From the human T2T-CHM13v2.0 reference genome, Homo sapiens: a stretch of DNA of 64,000 nt. Shown piece after piece: positions 1 through 12,170 of this stretch. Both the position numbers and the translations under genes were made by a program. Where the stretch lies: NCBI RefSeq assembly GCF_009914755.1, contig NC_060937.1; one strand, written 5' to 3'. Numbering within the stretch: the first letter of the stretch is position 1; every line of letters begins with the position of its first letter. The notes below the pieces were generated by a model. That model was not told the DNA's origin, made no database searches, and was given only the letters and a program-made list of their open reading frames with translations.

Positions 1-415
1 ATAGATGTATAACATTCAGAATTATAATATAAATCACCAAATGTACACAATCATTTATTATTTAGATTTTATAAGGTGTAATTTTAGTTTTTTTCTAGCC
101 ATTTTTAGACTTACCTAAAATATTACATTTCTGTTGTCTTGGAACCATATTGTCACCCATCTAAAACTCTATATGAGAAATAGATTATTAGTATGCTAGA
201 AGAATTTTTCTTACTTGTAAAACCTGTTCAAAAATATATATGTGGGGTGTATTTCTTAGGTATATTGCTCTAGAGAAAGTTTAGCACTACTGAAATTTAC
301 ACATTTTTCTGCAAACGGCAGTATTATAAAATGAATAGTCTTGCTTCAATTACATTAAAGTTTTACTCTCTCTTATCTACTGATAGTTCTTCTACTTTGC
401 AAACATTTCATTTCT

Positions 416-712
416 AGCCAGGCGTGGTGGCTCACACCTGTATTCCCAGCACTTTGGAGGTCAAGGTGGGAGGATTGTTTGAAGCCAGGAGTTTGAGACC
501 AACCTCAGCAAAAAAGTGAGACTCTGTCTCCACAAAAAGATATTTTTAAAAATAGCTGGGTGTGGTGGCATGTGCCTGTAGTCCCAGCTACTTGGGAAGC
601 TGAAGTGGGATGATTTGAGCCCAGGAGTTTGTGGCTGAGGTGAGCACCACTGTACTCCAGCCTGGGCAACAGAGCAAGACTCTGTCTTTAAATACATAAA
701 ATAAAAAGAAAA
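416..712 (+). mobile_element. Alu SINE (AluJ-like)
   Basis: GCCAGGCGTGGTGGCTCAC start, dimeric structure with A-rich linker, A-rich tail. Confidence 0.93.
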
Positions 713-984
713 TGAAAGCATTCAAATTATTTTAACTCCCATGGAACATATTTTTATGTATTACTTTCACATTGTATATTTCTGAATGAAGCCGGAAAAC
801 TGATATGTGTGATCTACCTATGCCATGTCCAGAGTTACACTTATTAAAAATAAAAAACAAATTAAAACTTTCAAGATTGTGATTCCAAGGAAATTATTTG
901 CTCAATTAACATTTAAATTAACTAAGTTTAAGCAAAGTAAATAATCCTTAGCACAATGATGATAATATTGGTTAAAGTTTTTAA

Positions 985-1270
985 CAATTTTATTAAAGCA
1001 AAATTCATATATCGTATAACTAAACAATTTCAAGGGTACAATTCAATCATTTTTAAAGTAAATTTACCAAGTTCTGCAATCAAAATTCAGTTTTAATGAA
1101 TTTTCACATTGTCAGTAAAATCTCTCATGTTCATTTACTAATAATGCTCATTCGCATAATTACCTCAAGAAACCACTAATTTACTTTCTCCCATTTGCCT
1201 TTTTCAGAAATTGCATAAAGATTCATATGGTATCTAGTCTCTTTGGTATGGCTTCTTTCAACTTAACCAA
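985..1270 (-). mobile_element. Old L1M 3' end fragment
   Basis: Degenerate antisense L1M 3'UTR-like sequence (caattttattaaagcaaaattcatat...accactaatttactttct...tggcttctttcaactt). Confidence 0.5.
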
Positions 1271-2889
1271 TAATTATTGCAACTTAAAAAATTATTTTAT
1301 TCCTTTCCAATTTAATTGCAAATGTAACTGGCAATGTTTGCACAGGATCTTCATAACTAAGTCTTCTTTTAATTACTATGTCATTGGGCTTATGCAAACA
1401 CAATTTCACTAAAATATTGTGAAATTATTCTCTTTATCCAAATTTGTACTTTTTGTTTTCCTTTGACACTTGTTAATCTTCTTATAGAGAAAATTTATAT
1501 TTCAGGTTTTTGAATCAAAATTAATGAAGACTAATATTTATAAATGTTTGCTAGTACACTTAATTATTGAAATCTATCTTCTAGAATGTGTCAACTTGTT
1601 TTGTGAAAAAACAAGATGTTAAAATTAATTCCAGATTCATTCAAGATATAAACAGCAAAAATGAAAAGTACTTGATTTTTAACTGATTCTTAAAATTTAT
1701 TTATCTGAGAGTTTTATTTATTTATTTATAATTTTCTATGCATATAATTATATTAGTTGTAAATAATAGGGCATACATGTAATAGAAAAATATCTCCTAT
1801 TAGGAGATATATATGTGTTTCCAATCTGTATAATTTGTATTAAGTTTTTATTTGGCTTATTTTATTGGTTATAATCTGCAGTAAAATATTGAAGATGATA
1901 GTTATAAGAATTTGTTTTTCCTGATTTGCAAAATAATAGCTTTAAATATTTCATCAATAAATATAAATATTATGAAATGAATTTTTTTGATATACATTAT
2001 CAGCTTTAGGAGTGTTCTAATAATTACAATCATGAATGATGGGTTTTAAATATAATAAACTTTGTTTACCTGGAATTATAAGGAGATCATATTACTTTTC
2101 TTCTTTTTTAAATTTTTCTTCTGTAATATCTTTTATAAACCAATTATAATAGCATTACATAATAGAATAGTAAGAATAGGAGCCAATTAGAAATACCTAT
2201 ATATAGTTTCTTTCCCCCTTAAAACAAAATTTTACTCTTATAACAGTAATATCAGTGGCTTTTTCACTATTGTCTTACTTTTCATGATGCATTTACAATT
2301 ATGTCACCTACAGGCTTATCTCTCAGATTTGAGTTTCTATTACACTTCTTTATTAACTGGAACAAGTGTTCTTTGTAGCATAAGCCATTCTCTATTGTGT
2401 AGTAAGAAAGTTTTAAAAACAAGCTCTGTTAGAAAGCAACTTAATATAGTTAATACTTAAGTGTGGGCTGAGAAGGGTAATGGAAATACATCAATGGCCA
2501 AAGAGTGGAAATTTGTTCATGTAAAAAAAAAAATGATCACTTCACTTTACTTGAAAATATGTGTTTTTTAGGGCATTAAGACAATTATGATGCTATAAAT
2601 TAGGTTATACAGGTATGCTAAAGAGATGGTTTCAGTGTAAATATGAGTTTTCAATAGAACCTACTGAAAATGGTTTAATCCAAAGATGTGAATACTATAT
2701 TTGAATCCTGATAAATGACAAAGTTGAAATAATAATGCATCAGTAAAGAAAAAATAAAATCTGTATATTTTTGTTTTTTAAATATACATGTATAATTTAT
2801 TATTTTAGAAAGGGAATAATGGAAATATTTTAAAGAACTGTTAAGAAAAAAACACAATTGGACATTAGTTCAAACAATATAAAATGTTT

Positions 2890-3715
2890 TTTTTACAGAA
2901 AATATTGCAATAGGGGAAAAGGGACCTCAGCATAGAGCTGTGATCAGTTCCTGAAGACAGCATGGACAAGCTGGGATTTATAGCCAAGGACCAGGCTGGA
3001 GGTCTGCTGATGGAAAATAGCCAAGAGGAAACATTAAAGGTAAGGAAAGATTTATTTGACAGGATTTGTCCTGAAGGCAGGCCAGGGTGATCAAATTTCA
3101 CCTGAAGAATGGTGAGGGAGGGGGAATTCTATCAGCTATCAAAAGTGATCAGATAGTAAATGTGGGTGGTTCTCTCTAAACTGACAGCAAGATTCTTACT
3201 AGAAATGGAAAATGTACCCCATGTTACACTATGCAGCCATAAAAAGGAATGAGATCCTGTCCTTTGCAGGGACCTGGATGGAGCTGGAAGCCATTATCCT
3301 CAGCAAACAAATGCAAGAACAGAAAATCAAATACCACATGTTCTCACTTATAAGTGGGAGTTGAATGATGAGAACATGTGAACACGGGGTCGGGGAGGGG
3401 GAACGACACACACCAGGGCTGTCAGAGGCTGGAGGGTGGGAGGAGGCAGAGCATCAGGAAGAATAGCTAATGGATGCTGGGCTTAATACCTAGGTGATGG
3501 GATGATCTGTGCAGGTAATCACAATGGCACACATATAACTATGTAGCAAACCTGCACATCCTGCACATGTACCCCTGAACTTAAACTAAAAGTTGGAAAT
3601 ATATTTTTAAAAAAGAAATGGAAAATGTAAAACTGATAAGGTAAGATGCCAATGTCAAGGCCTAGAAGGCTTAGATGAGCCTAACTAAAGTGTGGTCAAG
3701 GATAGAGTCTTCTGA
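2890..3715 (-). mobile_element. ERV1 LTR of the MER31/MER67 group, interrupted by an L1PA
   Basis: tttatagccaaggaccagg...caggccagggtgatca...ctaaagtgtggtcaaggatagagtc resembles antisense MER31/MER67; continues on both sides of the L1 at 3217-3613. Confidence 0.6.
3217..3613 (+). mobile_element. 5'-truncated L1PA 3' end (L1PA10/11-like) with 16-bp TSD
   Basis: Canonical L1PA 3'UTR; exact TSD agaaatggaaaatgta at 3201-3216 and 3614-3629. Confidence 0.92.
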
Positions 3716-3999
3716 AAATTATGTGAAAATATAATGAATGCTAGTTTATAAAAGAGTTAACAATTCATGCAGATACATAAAAAGCATGAAGTAATTATTA
3801 GCAATATGTGTTGTCTTTATTTTGTTGTCTCTTTGCAAACTTTTTACTCAATGATTCCTCTGATAACAAGTTATGGGAGAACCATTTGGAGAAAAAGTTG
3901 CCAGTGCTGTGATATGTCTGTTGGGTTTTATGAGATATAACGACTTTCAGATTGAACTATTAGTGTATGTAAAGCTAAGCTTAAATGAATATTGCTACC

Positions 4000-4351
4000 A
4001 GAGTTAAGCACTACCAGAGTTATGGAGTAAAAACGGAAAGGCTATGCCTCCATGAAAGCAACAAGAACAAGAACACTGGTAAAAACTGTCAAAATTAACA
4101 CTTGTAGAATTTGAGAAATTGGCCAAATATTTGAAAAAATCTGAAGACATGTATGTAACAAAAATGGTTGAAACCCGGTGAAAACAGAAAGTTCGCTAGC
4201 ATTTTACTCTCTTTCTATACATCCCTTCCCTGCTCCTTCCTGGCTTTGAAACCAACTGTTTCATGACTATACTAGTTTTGAAAAATAGCTACTCAAAGCA
4301 ACTAGCATAGGTCCATTTTGGAGCCCCCCCATTAACCCAATCTCCAGAGAA
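4000..4351 (+). mobile_element. Old L1M 5' region fragment (L1MD-like)
   Basis: aacactggtaaaaactgtcaaaattaac... resembles L1M 5'UTR; similar sequence resumes near 8060-8220. Confidence 0.45.
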
Positions 4352-4355
4352 TTAT

Positions 4356-5325
4356 CGATGGCAGCGATGGTCTGGAGCAGCCTCTGCGAAGACGCAGCAG
4401 GGCTGCAGCAGGTGAGGTGCAGCTGGGTCTGCACACTCCACAGACCCCACCAGAGCCAGGCACAGACAGGAGCACCGCCCCCTACTGAGTTAAAAGGGCA
4501 GGAGCTCCGCACTCCCAGACACAGCTGCAGCCACATGGCTAGGGCGCTGTACCTGGGCAACCTTGAGCTCTCATTGCGCAGGAAGCCACCTCTGCCCCTG
4601 TAGGCTTGGAAGTGCCTGCTCCCACTCCCTGGCCTCTCCCCACTCCCCCGCGCCCACTCCAATTTTGTAGCAAAGTTGTAGTCAAGCCTGGATATTTGTC
4701 GCAACCCAGCGGGGTGTGCAAATGTTTGGGGCAGCAGGGACATCAGAGCCCCTCCCCCTACCCGCGGCCCCCGCTACTTGGCTGCCTGTGAAGCTTTGAG
4801 CACAAACAAGCTCAGCTCCCCACCTCCCCTGCCACTTGCCACGTTGTGGGCCACCATAAGGAGTCCCAGACCTAGGAGATCCCCGAGCCAGGGCTGTAAC
4901 ACCCTCTTTCGGGCTCTGCGGTTCCTGGCATCTCCAAGCTTCTGGGCAGCAAGGCGTTCCCTTTGTCCAGACTCAGGGGAGCACAGAGGAAACTGAGTGC
5001 GGTACATCTGGCGGAGTTGCAGTCTCACAGGGAGCCAGCACCTGTGCCAGAGCCCCAAGCTGCCCGCCCCGTCACAGCAGCCTTTGTGAATGGCTGTGCC
5101 TAGTAGCCAGACCCCGCACTCCCTCACCCACACACCCCTCATTGCTCCATGCCTGGCTCACCCTAGGCAGATGTGGGATGCTGGTGGGTAATGTGAGCTG
5201 AGCACAACTTGCCAGGCTGAGTGGGCAGAACAAGCCCAGTGGGCACAAGCAATACTCAGGCAGAAGGTGTCGCCAGCTATAGAGTTTCCCGGCTAGCAAA
5301 GCAACACTCCAAGGATCCCGTGACA
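4356..5325 (+). mobile_element. Solo ERV1 LTR, MER52 family
   Basis: GC-rich; starts (T/C)GATGGCAGC and ends AAGGATCCCGTGACA as MER52 does; TSD ttat(c) at 4352-4356 and 5326-5330. Confidence 0.85.
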
Positions 5326-5559
5326 TTATCATTATTTTTTATTAATATTGATAATTGTTAATCAACCAATTAGTGATTCAGCACGGGAGTTAAATATAAG
5401 ATAAACATACAGAAATCAATTTTTAAATATACTGGTAATATGAGTTAAAAAATGGAAATGTTAACATGATATAAATTAAAATTGCACCAAAACCCACCTA
5501 ATACATATAAGTTATTCTACAAAACATTGCTGAAAGAATTGTTTTAATATATAAATATA

Positions 5560-7490
5560 TACATATTTATTTTAGTAGTTTTTTGGGGAACAGGTGGTGT
5601 TTGGTTACATGAATAAGTTCTTTCATGGTGATTTCTGAGATTTTGGTGCACCCATCACCCAAGCAGTGTACTGTACCCAATGTGTAGTCTATTAACCCTC
5701 ATCCCCCTCCCATCCCCGGCCCCCAAAGTCCATTGTATCATTCTTATGCCTTTGCATCCTCATAATTTAGCTACCACTTATAAGTGAGAACATACAATGT
5801 TTGTTTTGTCATTGCTGAGTTACTTCACTTAGAATAATGGTCTCCAGTTCCATCTATATTGCTGCAAGTGCCATTATTTCATTCTTTTTTATGGCTGAAT
5901 AGTATTCCATGGTATATATATATATTCCATTTTCTTTATCCACTAGTTGATTGATGGACATTTGGGCTGGTTCCATATTTTTTGCAATTGAAAATTGTGC
6001 TGTTTTCAACATGTGTGTGCAAGTATATTTTTCATATAAAGACTTCCGTTCCTCTGTGTAGATACCCAGGAGTGGGACTGCAGGATCAAATGGTAGATCT
6101 ACTTTTACTTCTTTAAGAAATCTCCACACTGTTTTTCATAGTGATTGTACTAGTATACATTCCTACCAACAGTGTAAAAGTTTTCCCCTTTCACCACATC
6201 CATGCCAACATCTATTTTTTTTTGATTTTTTAAATACGGCCATTCTTGCAGGGGTAAGGTGATATCACATTGTGGTTTTGATTTTTATTTCCCTGATAAT
6301 TAGTGATGTTAAGCATTTTTCATATGTTTGTTGGTCGTCTTTATATCTCCTTTTGAGAATTGTCTATTAATGTCCTTAGCCTACTTTTTTATGGGATTGT
6401 TTTTTTTCCTTGCTGATTTGTTTGAGTTCCTTGTACATTCTGGATATTAGTCCTTTGTTGGATGTATAGATTGTGATGATTTTCTCCCACTCTGTGGGTT
6501 GTCTGTTTAATTTGCTAGTCATTTATTTTGCTGTGAAAAAGCTTTTTAGTTTGTTAAGTTCCATCTATTTATCTTTGTGTTTGTTGCATTTGCTTTTGGG
6601 TTCTTGGTCATGAAATTTTTGCCTAAGCCAATGTCTAGAAGGGTTTTTCCAATGTTATATTCTAGAATTTTTATGGTTTCATGTCTTAGATATAAGTCTT
6701 TGATCCATCTTGGGTTATTTTTTATATAAGGTGAGAGATGAGGATCCAGTTTCATTCTTCGATATGCGGCTTGCCAATTATTCCAGGACGATTTGTTGAA
6801 TAAATTGTCCTTTCCCCACTGTATGTTTTTGTTTGCTTTGTCGAAGATCAGCTGACTATAAGTATTGGCTTTATTTCAGGGTTCTCTATTCTATTCCATT
6901 GGTCTATATGCCTGCTTTTATACCAGTCCCATGCTGTTTTGGTGACTATGGCCTTATGGTATCGTTTGAAGTTGGGTAATGTAATGCTTCAGGATTTGTT
7001 ATTTTTGCTTAGTCTTGCTTTGGGTATGCAGGCTCTTTTTTGGTTCAATATGCATTTTAGGATTGCTTTTTCTAGTTTTGTGAAGAATGTTGGTGGTATT
7101 TTTATGAGAATTGCAATGAATTTGTAGGTTGCTTTTGGCAGCAATCTACAAATGGTCATTTTCACAATATTGAGTCTGCCCATCCATGAGCATGGGATGT
7201 GTTTCCATTTGTTTGTGTCATCTATGATTTCTTTCAGCAATGTTTTGTAGTTTTCCTTGTACAGGTCTTTACCTCCTTGGTTAAATATATTCCTAAGTAT
7301 TTTATTTTATTTATTTTGCAGCTATTGTAAAATGGTTTGAGTTATTGATTTGACTCTTAGCTTGGTCACTGTTGGTGTATAGCAGGGCTACCGATTTGTG
7401 TACGTGAATTTTGTATCCTGAAAATTTGCTGAATTCATTTATCAGTTCCAGGAGTTTTTTGAATAAATCTTTAGGATTTTTTAGGCATAT
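5560..7490 (-). mobile_element. 5'-truncated L1PB (L1PB1-like): ORF2 C-terminal part and 3'UTR
   Basis: ORF fragments ([39 protein letters not shown]) are L1 ORF2p; L1PB-type 3'UTR. Confidence 0.92.
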
Positions 7491-7749
7491 AAGAAAATAG
7501 AAAGACAATATGAGATTATCTTATCTGTCTGGAAACTGTCTGTGAAGCTCCTTTCCCAGGCCTTATCTTTATTAAATCTAACTAAAGCTTTTTCTATGTG
7601 AATACACTTATATATACGGCATTTATCAAATACAATCTGTAGTAGTTGTTTAACCCTCAAAGTTGTCTGAGAGGTCAATACGACTTCAGTCTCACAAATG
7701 GCTATTAAAAGTTTTAAAAGGAAAAACAAGGGAATAAGATACCCACACA

Positions 7750-8040
7750 GGCAGCGAGGGGTGGCTTATGCCTGTAATCCCAGCACTTTGGAAGGCTGGG
7801 ATGAGTGTATCACTTGAGGTAGGAGTTCCAGACCACCTTGGCCAACACGGTAAAACCCCACCTCTACTAAAAATACAAAAATTTGCTGGAGATGGTGGCA
7901 TATGCCTGTAGTCCCAGCTACTCGGGAGGCTGAGACACAAGAATCCTTGAACCTGGGAGGCAGAGGTTGCAGTGATTCTAGATTATGCCACTGAACTCCA
8001 CCCTGGGCAACAGACCAAGACTCTGTCTCAAAAAAAAATT
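7750..8040 (+). mobile_element. Alu SINE
   Basis: Dimeric Alu with A tail. Confidence 0.93.
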
Positions 8041-10212
8041 ATATATATAAAACCACAGGGAGATTTACAAACCTCCAATCTATTCTGGGGAATTTTGAAG
8101 GCCACCTCTATGTGCAGGGATGTGTGCATGATAAAGAGCTGAAAATGTCCTAATATCTTACCTCTGGATAACCTTGTACTTCACTTAAGGAAAAGCGAAG
8201 ACTAGTACATGAATTATGAAAATAAGGAATGAAACAGTGGCATTATTTTGCACCTAAAGAAGGAGAAATTATTTTTAGGAATGCAATAAAGAAATTTATA
8301 CCAATAAACAAGTGAATCAGATGAAATGGATATATCCCTATAAAGACATAAGATTAAAAACTGACTCAAGAAGAAATTTTAAAAAATGAATAGAAATATA
8401 AAAAGTGAAGAGATTGAATCAGTAACGTAAAATTTTCCACGAAAAAAATCCCAGGCCCAGGTGACTTAATTGATGAATTCTGTCAAGCATTTAAGGGCAA
8501 ATTAACATTAATCCTTAGAAAACTCTTCCAAAACACAGAATGAGAAAACACCTCCATATTAATTCTATGAGATCAATATATTAAATTCCAAATGTGACCA
8601 AAATATTGTGAGAAAATAAGACTGCAGACATGTATCCCTTATAAATAAAGATGCAAAAATCCTCAAAAAATGCTAGCAGCTGGATCCTGCAATATATGAG
8701 AAGTATTTATACATTAGTTCCAGGTGGGATTTATCCCAAGATTTGTTTAACATACAAAAACAAATCAGTTTAATGTGCCACATTAATAGAATAAAGAATA
8801 AAAAATACATGATCTCAAAGGGTAGAGAACAAAGCATTTAACATGTTAAACCAATGTGTATGATTAAAGAACACAGATAATTCAGAATAGAAAAGAGCTT
8901 GTTCAACCTCATAAAAGGTATCTATGAAAAACCAACAACAAACATACTTGATGGTGATAAAGGAATGCTTTCCCTCAAAGATCAGGAAAAACACAAGGAT
9001 AGCTGCTCTTGATACTTATATTCACTATTGAAGTTGAGGTTCTAGCCAGAGCACTTGGGTAATAATAAAAAACTGGACCGACATTGGAAAGAAAGAAGAC
9101 AAACTATCTGTATTCATAGGTGTCATGATCTTGCACATAGAAAATCCTAAGGAATTCACTAAAATAATACCCTTAGAATGAATCAGTTTGATACAATTAT
9201 AGATTGATGTACAGAATTCAATTATATTTCTATACACTAAAAATGCCCAATCAGAAAATGAAATTAAGAAATTAGTTCCATTTATAATAAAATCAAAAAG
9301 AATGACTCATTTAGAAAAAAAATCAACAAAACTGGTAGAAAACTTGTACACTGAATATTATTAAACATTGTTGAAACATAATAAACCTAAGTTAATGTAG
9401 GAACTCCCATACTTAATGCTTGGAAATAATACTTTTAAGATGGCAATACTCTGAAAATTGATCTACCATCTAAACACAATCTATTAAAATCCCAACAGTT
9501 TGCTTTTCGAATTTTATACCTTATCCTAAATTTCATACAGAAATTCAAGGGTCACAGAGTAGCCAAAACAGCCTTAAATACGAAGAACAATGTTAGAGTA
9601 TTCACGCTCACTGATTTCAAAACATATAAAAAGCTCACTAACCAAGATGGTGGTAATGTGTTAGGCTTAACATACAGATAAAGAGAACAGACTTGTAAGT
9701 CCATAGATAAATGCCTAAATATGGTCAATTCAACTTTGATGAAGGTGCAAAAAATTCAATGAAACAATAATAGTGTTTTGAACAAATGGTGCTAGGACAA
9801 CTGAATATCCATGCACAAATAAATGCAGTTGACATTTTCATGCAATACACAAAAATTAACTCAAAATAAACTATAAGCCAAAATATAAATGATAAAATGA
9901 TAAAGAACTTAGTTCAAATGGGGTAAATATTTGAGACATTGGGTTTGGAAATGGCTTCTTTAATATGACACCAAAACCACAAGCAACAAAAGAAAAACAA
10001 TGATGAATTGGATTTCATCAAATTTCAACACTTTTCTTTTCCAAAAGAGGCCATCAAAAATTAAAATACATGCAAAGAAAGGAAAAAAAATCAAATTACA
10101 CATTTTTAAGGTATTTTTGTATAAAATATATAAAAATCACTTAGAAATTTACAGTAAAAATCAAATAACCTAATTATTCTTTTAAATAGACATTTATTTA
10201 AAGAAGTTTTAT

Positions 10213-10530
10213 GGCCGGGCACGGTGGCTCACGCCTGTAATCCCAGCACTTTGGGAGGCCAAGGCGGGAGGATCACGAGTTCAGGAGATCGAGACCATCC
10301 TGGCTAACACGGTGAAACACGGTCTCTATTCTACTAAAAATACAAAAAGTTAGCCGGGCGTGGTGGTGGGCGCCTGTAGTCCCCGCTACTCAGGAGGCTG
10401 AGGTGAGAGAATGGCATGAACCCCAGAGGCGGAGCTTGCAGTGAACCGAGATGCGCCACTGCACTCCAGCCTGGGCGAAAGAGCGAGACTCCATCTCAAA
10501 AAAAGAAAGAAAAGAAAGAAACGAAAAAAG
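10213..10530 (+). mobile_element. AluY with TSD aaagaagtttta
   Basis: AluY diagnostics (gagatcgagaccatcctggctaacacggtgaaac; ggagcttgcagtg); TSD at 10200-10211 and 10527-10538. Confidence 0.95.
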
Positions 10531-10623
10531 AAGTTTTACCCAAATAGCAACAAGTAGGTGAAAAGATGCTTAAAATTATTAGTCATTAGGCAAATGCAAA
10601 TCAAAAACCCACAAAATATCACC

Positions 10624-10880
10624 TCATACTTATGAAGATATGTAAAATAAAAAAACAGAGAATAGTGTAAAACAGATATATGCAAGAAATTGAAACTTTC
10701 ATACATTACTGATGGGATTGAAAAATGGTGCAGTCACTTCAGAAAAGTTTCATACTTATGAAGATATGTAAAATAAAAAAATAGACAATAGTGTAAAATA
10801 CAGATATATGCAATAAATTGAAACTTTCATACATTACTGATGAGATTCAAAAATGGTGCCATCACTTCAGAAAACAGTTT
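10624..10880 (+). repeat. Tandem duplication, 2 x ~126-130 bp, inside the L1M
   Basis: tcatacttatgaagatatgtaaaat...tcacttcagaaaa starts at both 10624 and 10750. Confidence 0.9.
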
Positions 10881-11868
10881 GGCAGTTCTTCAAAATGATA
10901 AATATACAGCTGTAATATGATCCAGTAATTTCAGTCCTAGGTATTTACTAAAGAAAATTAGAACTATATGTCCATACAAAAACATGTATATACAAATGTA
11001 CACAGCAACATTATTTATAATAGCCCAGGTATAGAAACCACTCAAATGGCCATCATTGGAGAAATAGATACACAAAATGTTATGTATCTATGCAATGGAA
11101 AATTAGCCAGCCAGAAGAAGTAATGAAGTACTGATACATGCTACAAGATGGGTGAACCTTGAAAACCTTATGGCAATTGGAAGAAATCAGGCACAAAAAG
11201 TAACATATTATATGATTACATTGATATAAAATGTCCAGAATAGACAAATGCTCAAGTACAGAAAATGGAAGAGTGTTTGTGAGGGACAGTTCTGGTGAAG
11301 CAGGAATGGGGAATGACTACTAAACAGGTATGAGCTTTCTTTCTGGGATGACAGAGAAGTCCTATAAAATAAGATAGTAGAGATGGTTGCACAACTTTAC
11401 AAGTTCACTAAGAACCACTGGATTGCACTCTAAATACATTCATTTTACAATATGTGCATTATATTTCAAAAACTGTTATACAGAGAGGGCAAAATGTTTC
11501 AAAAAATAGCACTCAAGGCAAGATGCAGACCATTCTATGTGTAATAAATAGTATAAATCTGTGGTTTAATTATCTTTGGAGTGAAGAGAATAAAAGTAGT
11601 GAACATTCAAAACAGTATTTGTTTACTCTGTGAATATAAGGTATATCTACAAAATACAAAGTGAAAGTATTTAGTGTAGATATATATCTTTCTGATATAC
11701 TTGTGCCCTATACCTGAGGTCTAACTTTAAGATAATTTAGAGTGATCACTAATGAAGAAAATATTGATATGACATCAGGAAAGTTACATAGTATTTTAGC
11801 TACAATTGTTGGGTCAGTGCAAATTCATAACTTTAGAAATCAAAAAAAAAAAAAAAAAAAACACAAAA

Positions 11869-12170
<302 letters not shown>

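Larger units (their letters stand above)
8290..11480 (+). mobile_element. Old L1M (L1MB-like) ORF2 and 3'UTR
   Basis: Degenerate ORF2 motifs (cccaggcccaggtgact, aaatggtgctaggacaactg) and L1MB-type 3' end (gatggttgcacaact). Confidence 0.8.

Noticed and set aside
1790-1810. Palindrome ATATCTCCTA-T-TAGGAGATAT (similar one at 31340-31364)
   Set aside because: 10-bp arms are not clearly above chance in 64 kb of AT-rich DNA, and there is no supporting context.
4267-5332. Cluster of ORFs up to 158 aa on both strands
   Set aside because: All overlap the GC-rich MER52 LTR, where stop codons are rare; no recognisable protein.
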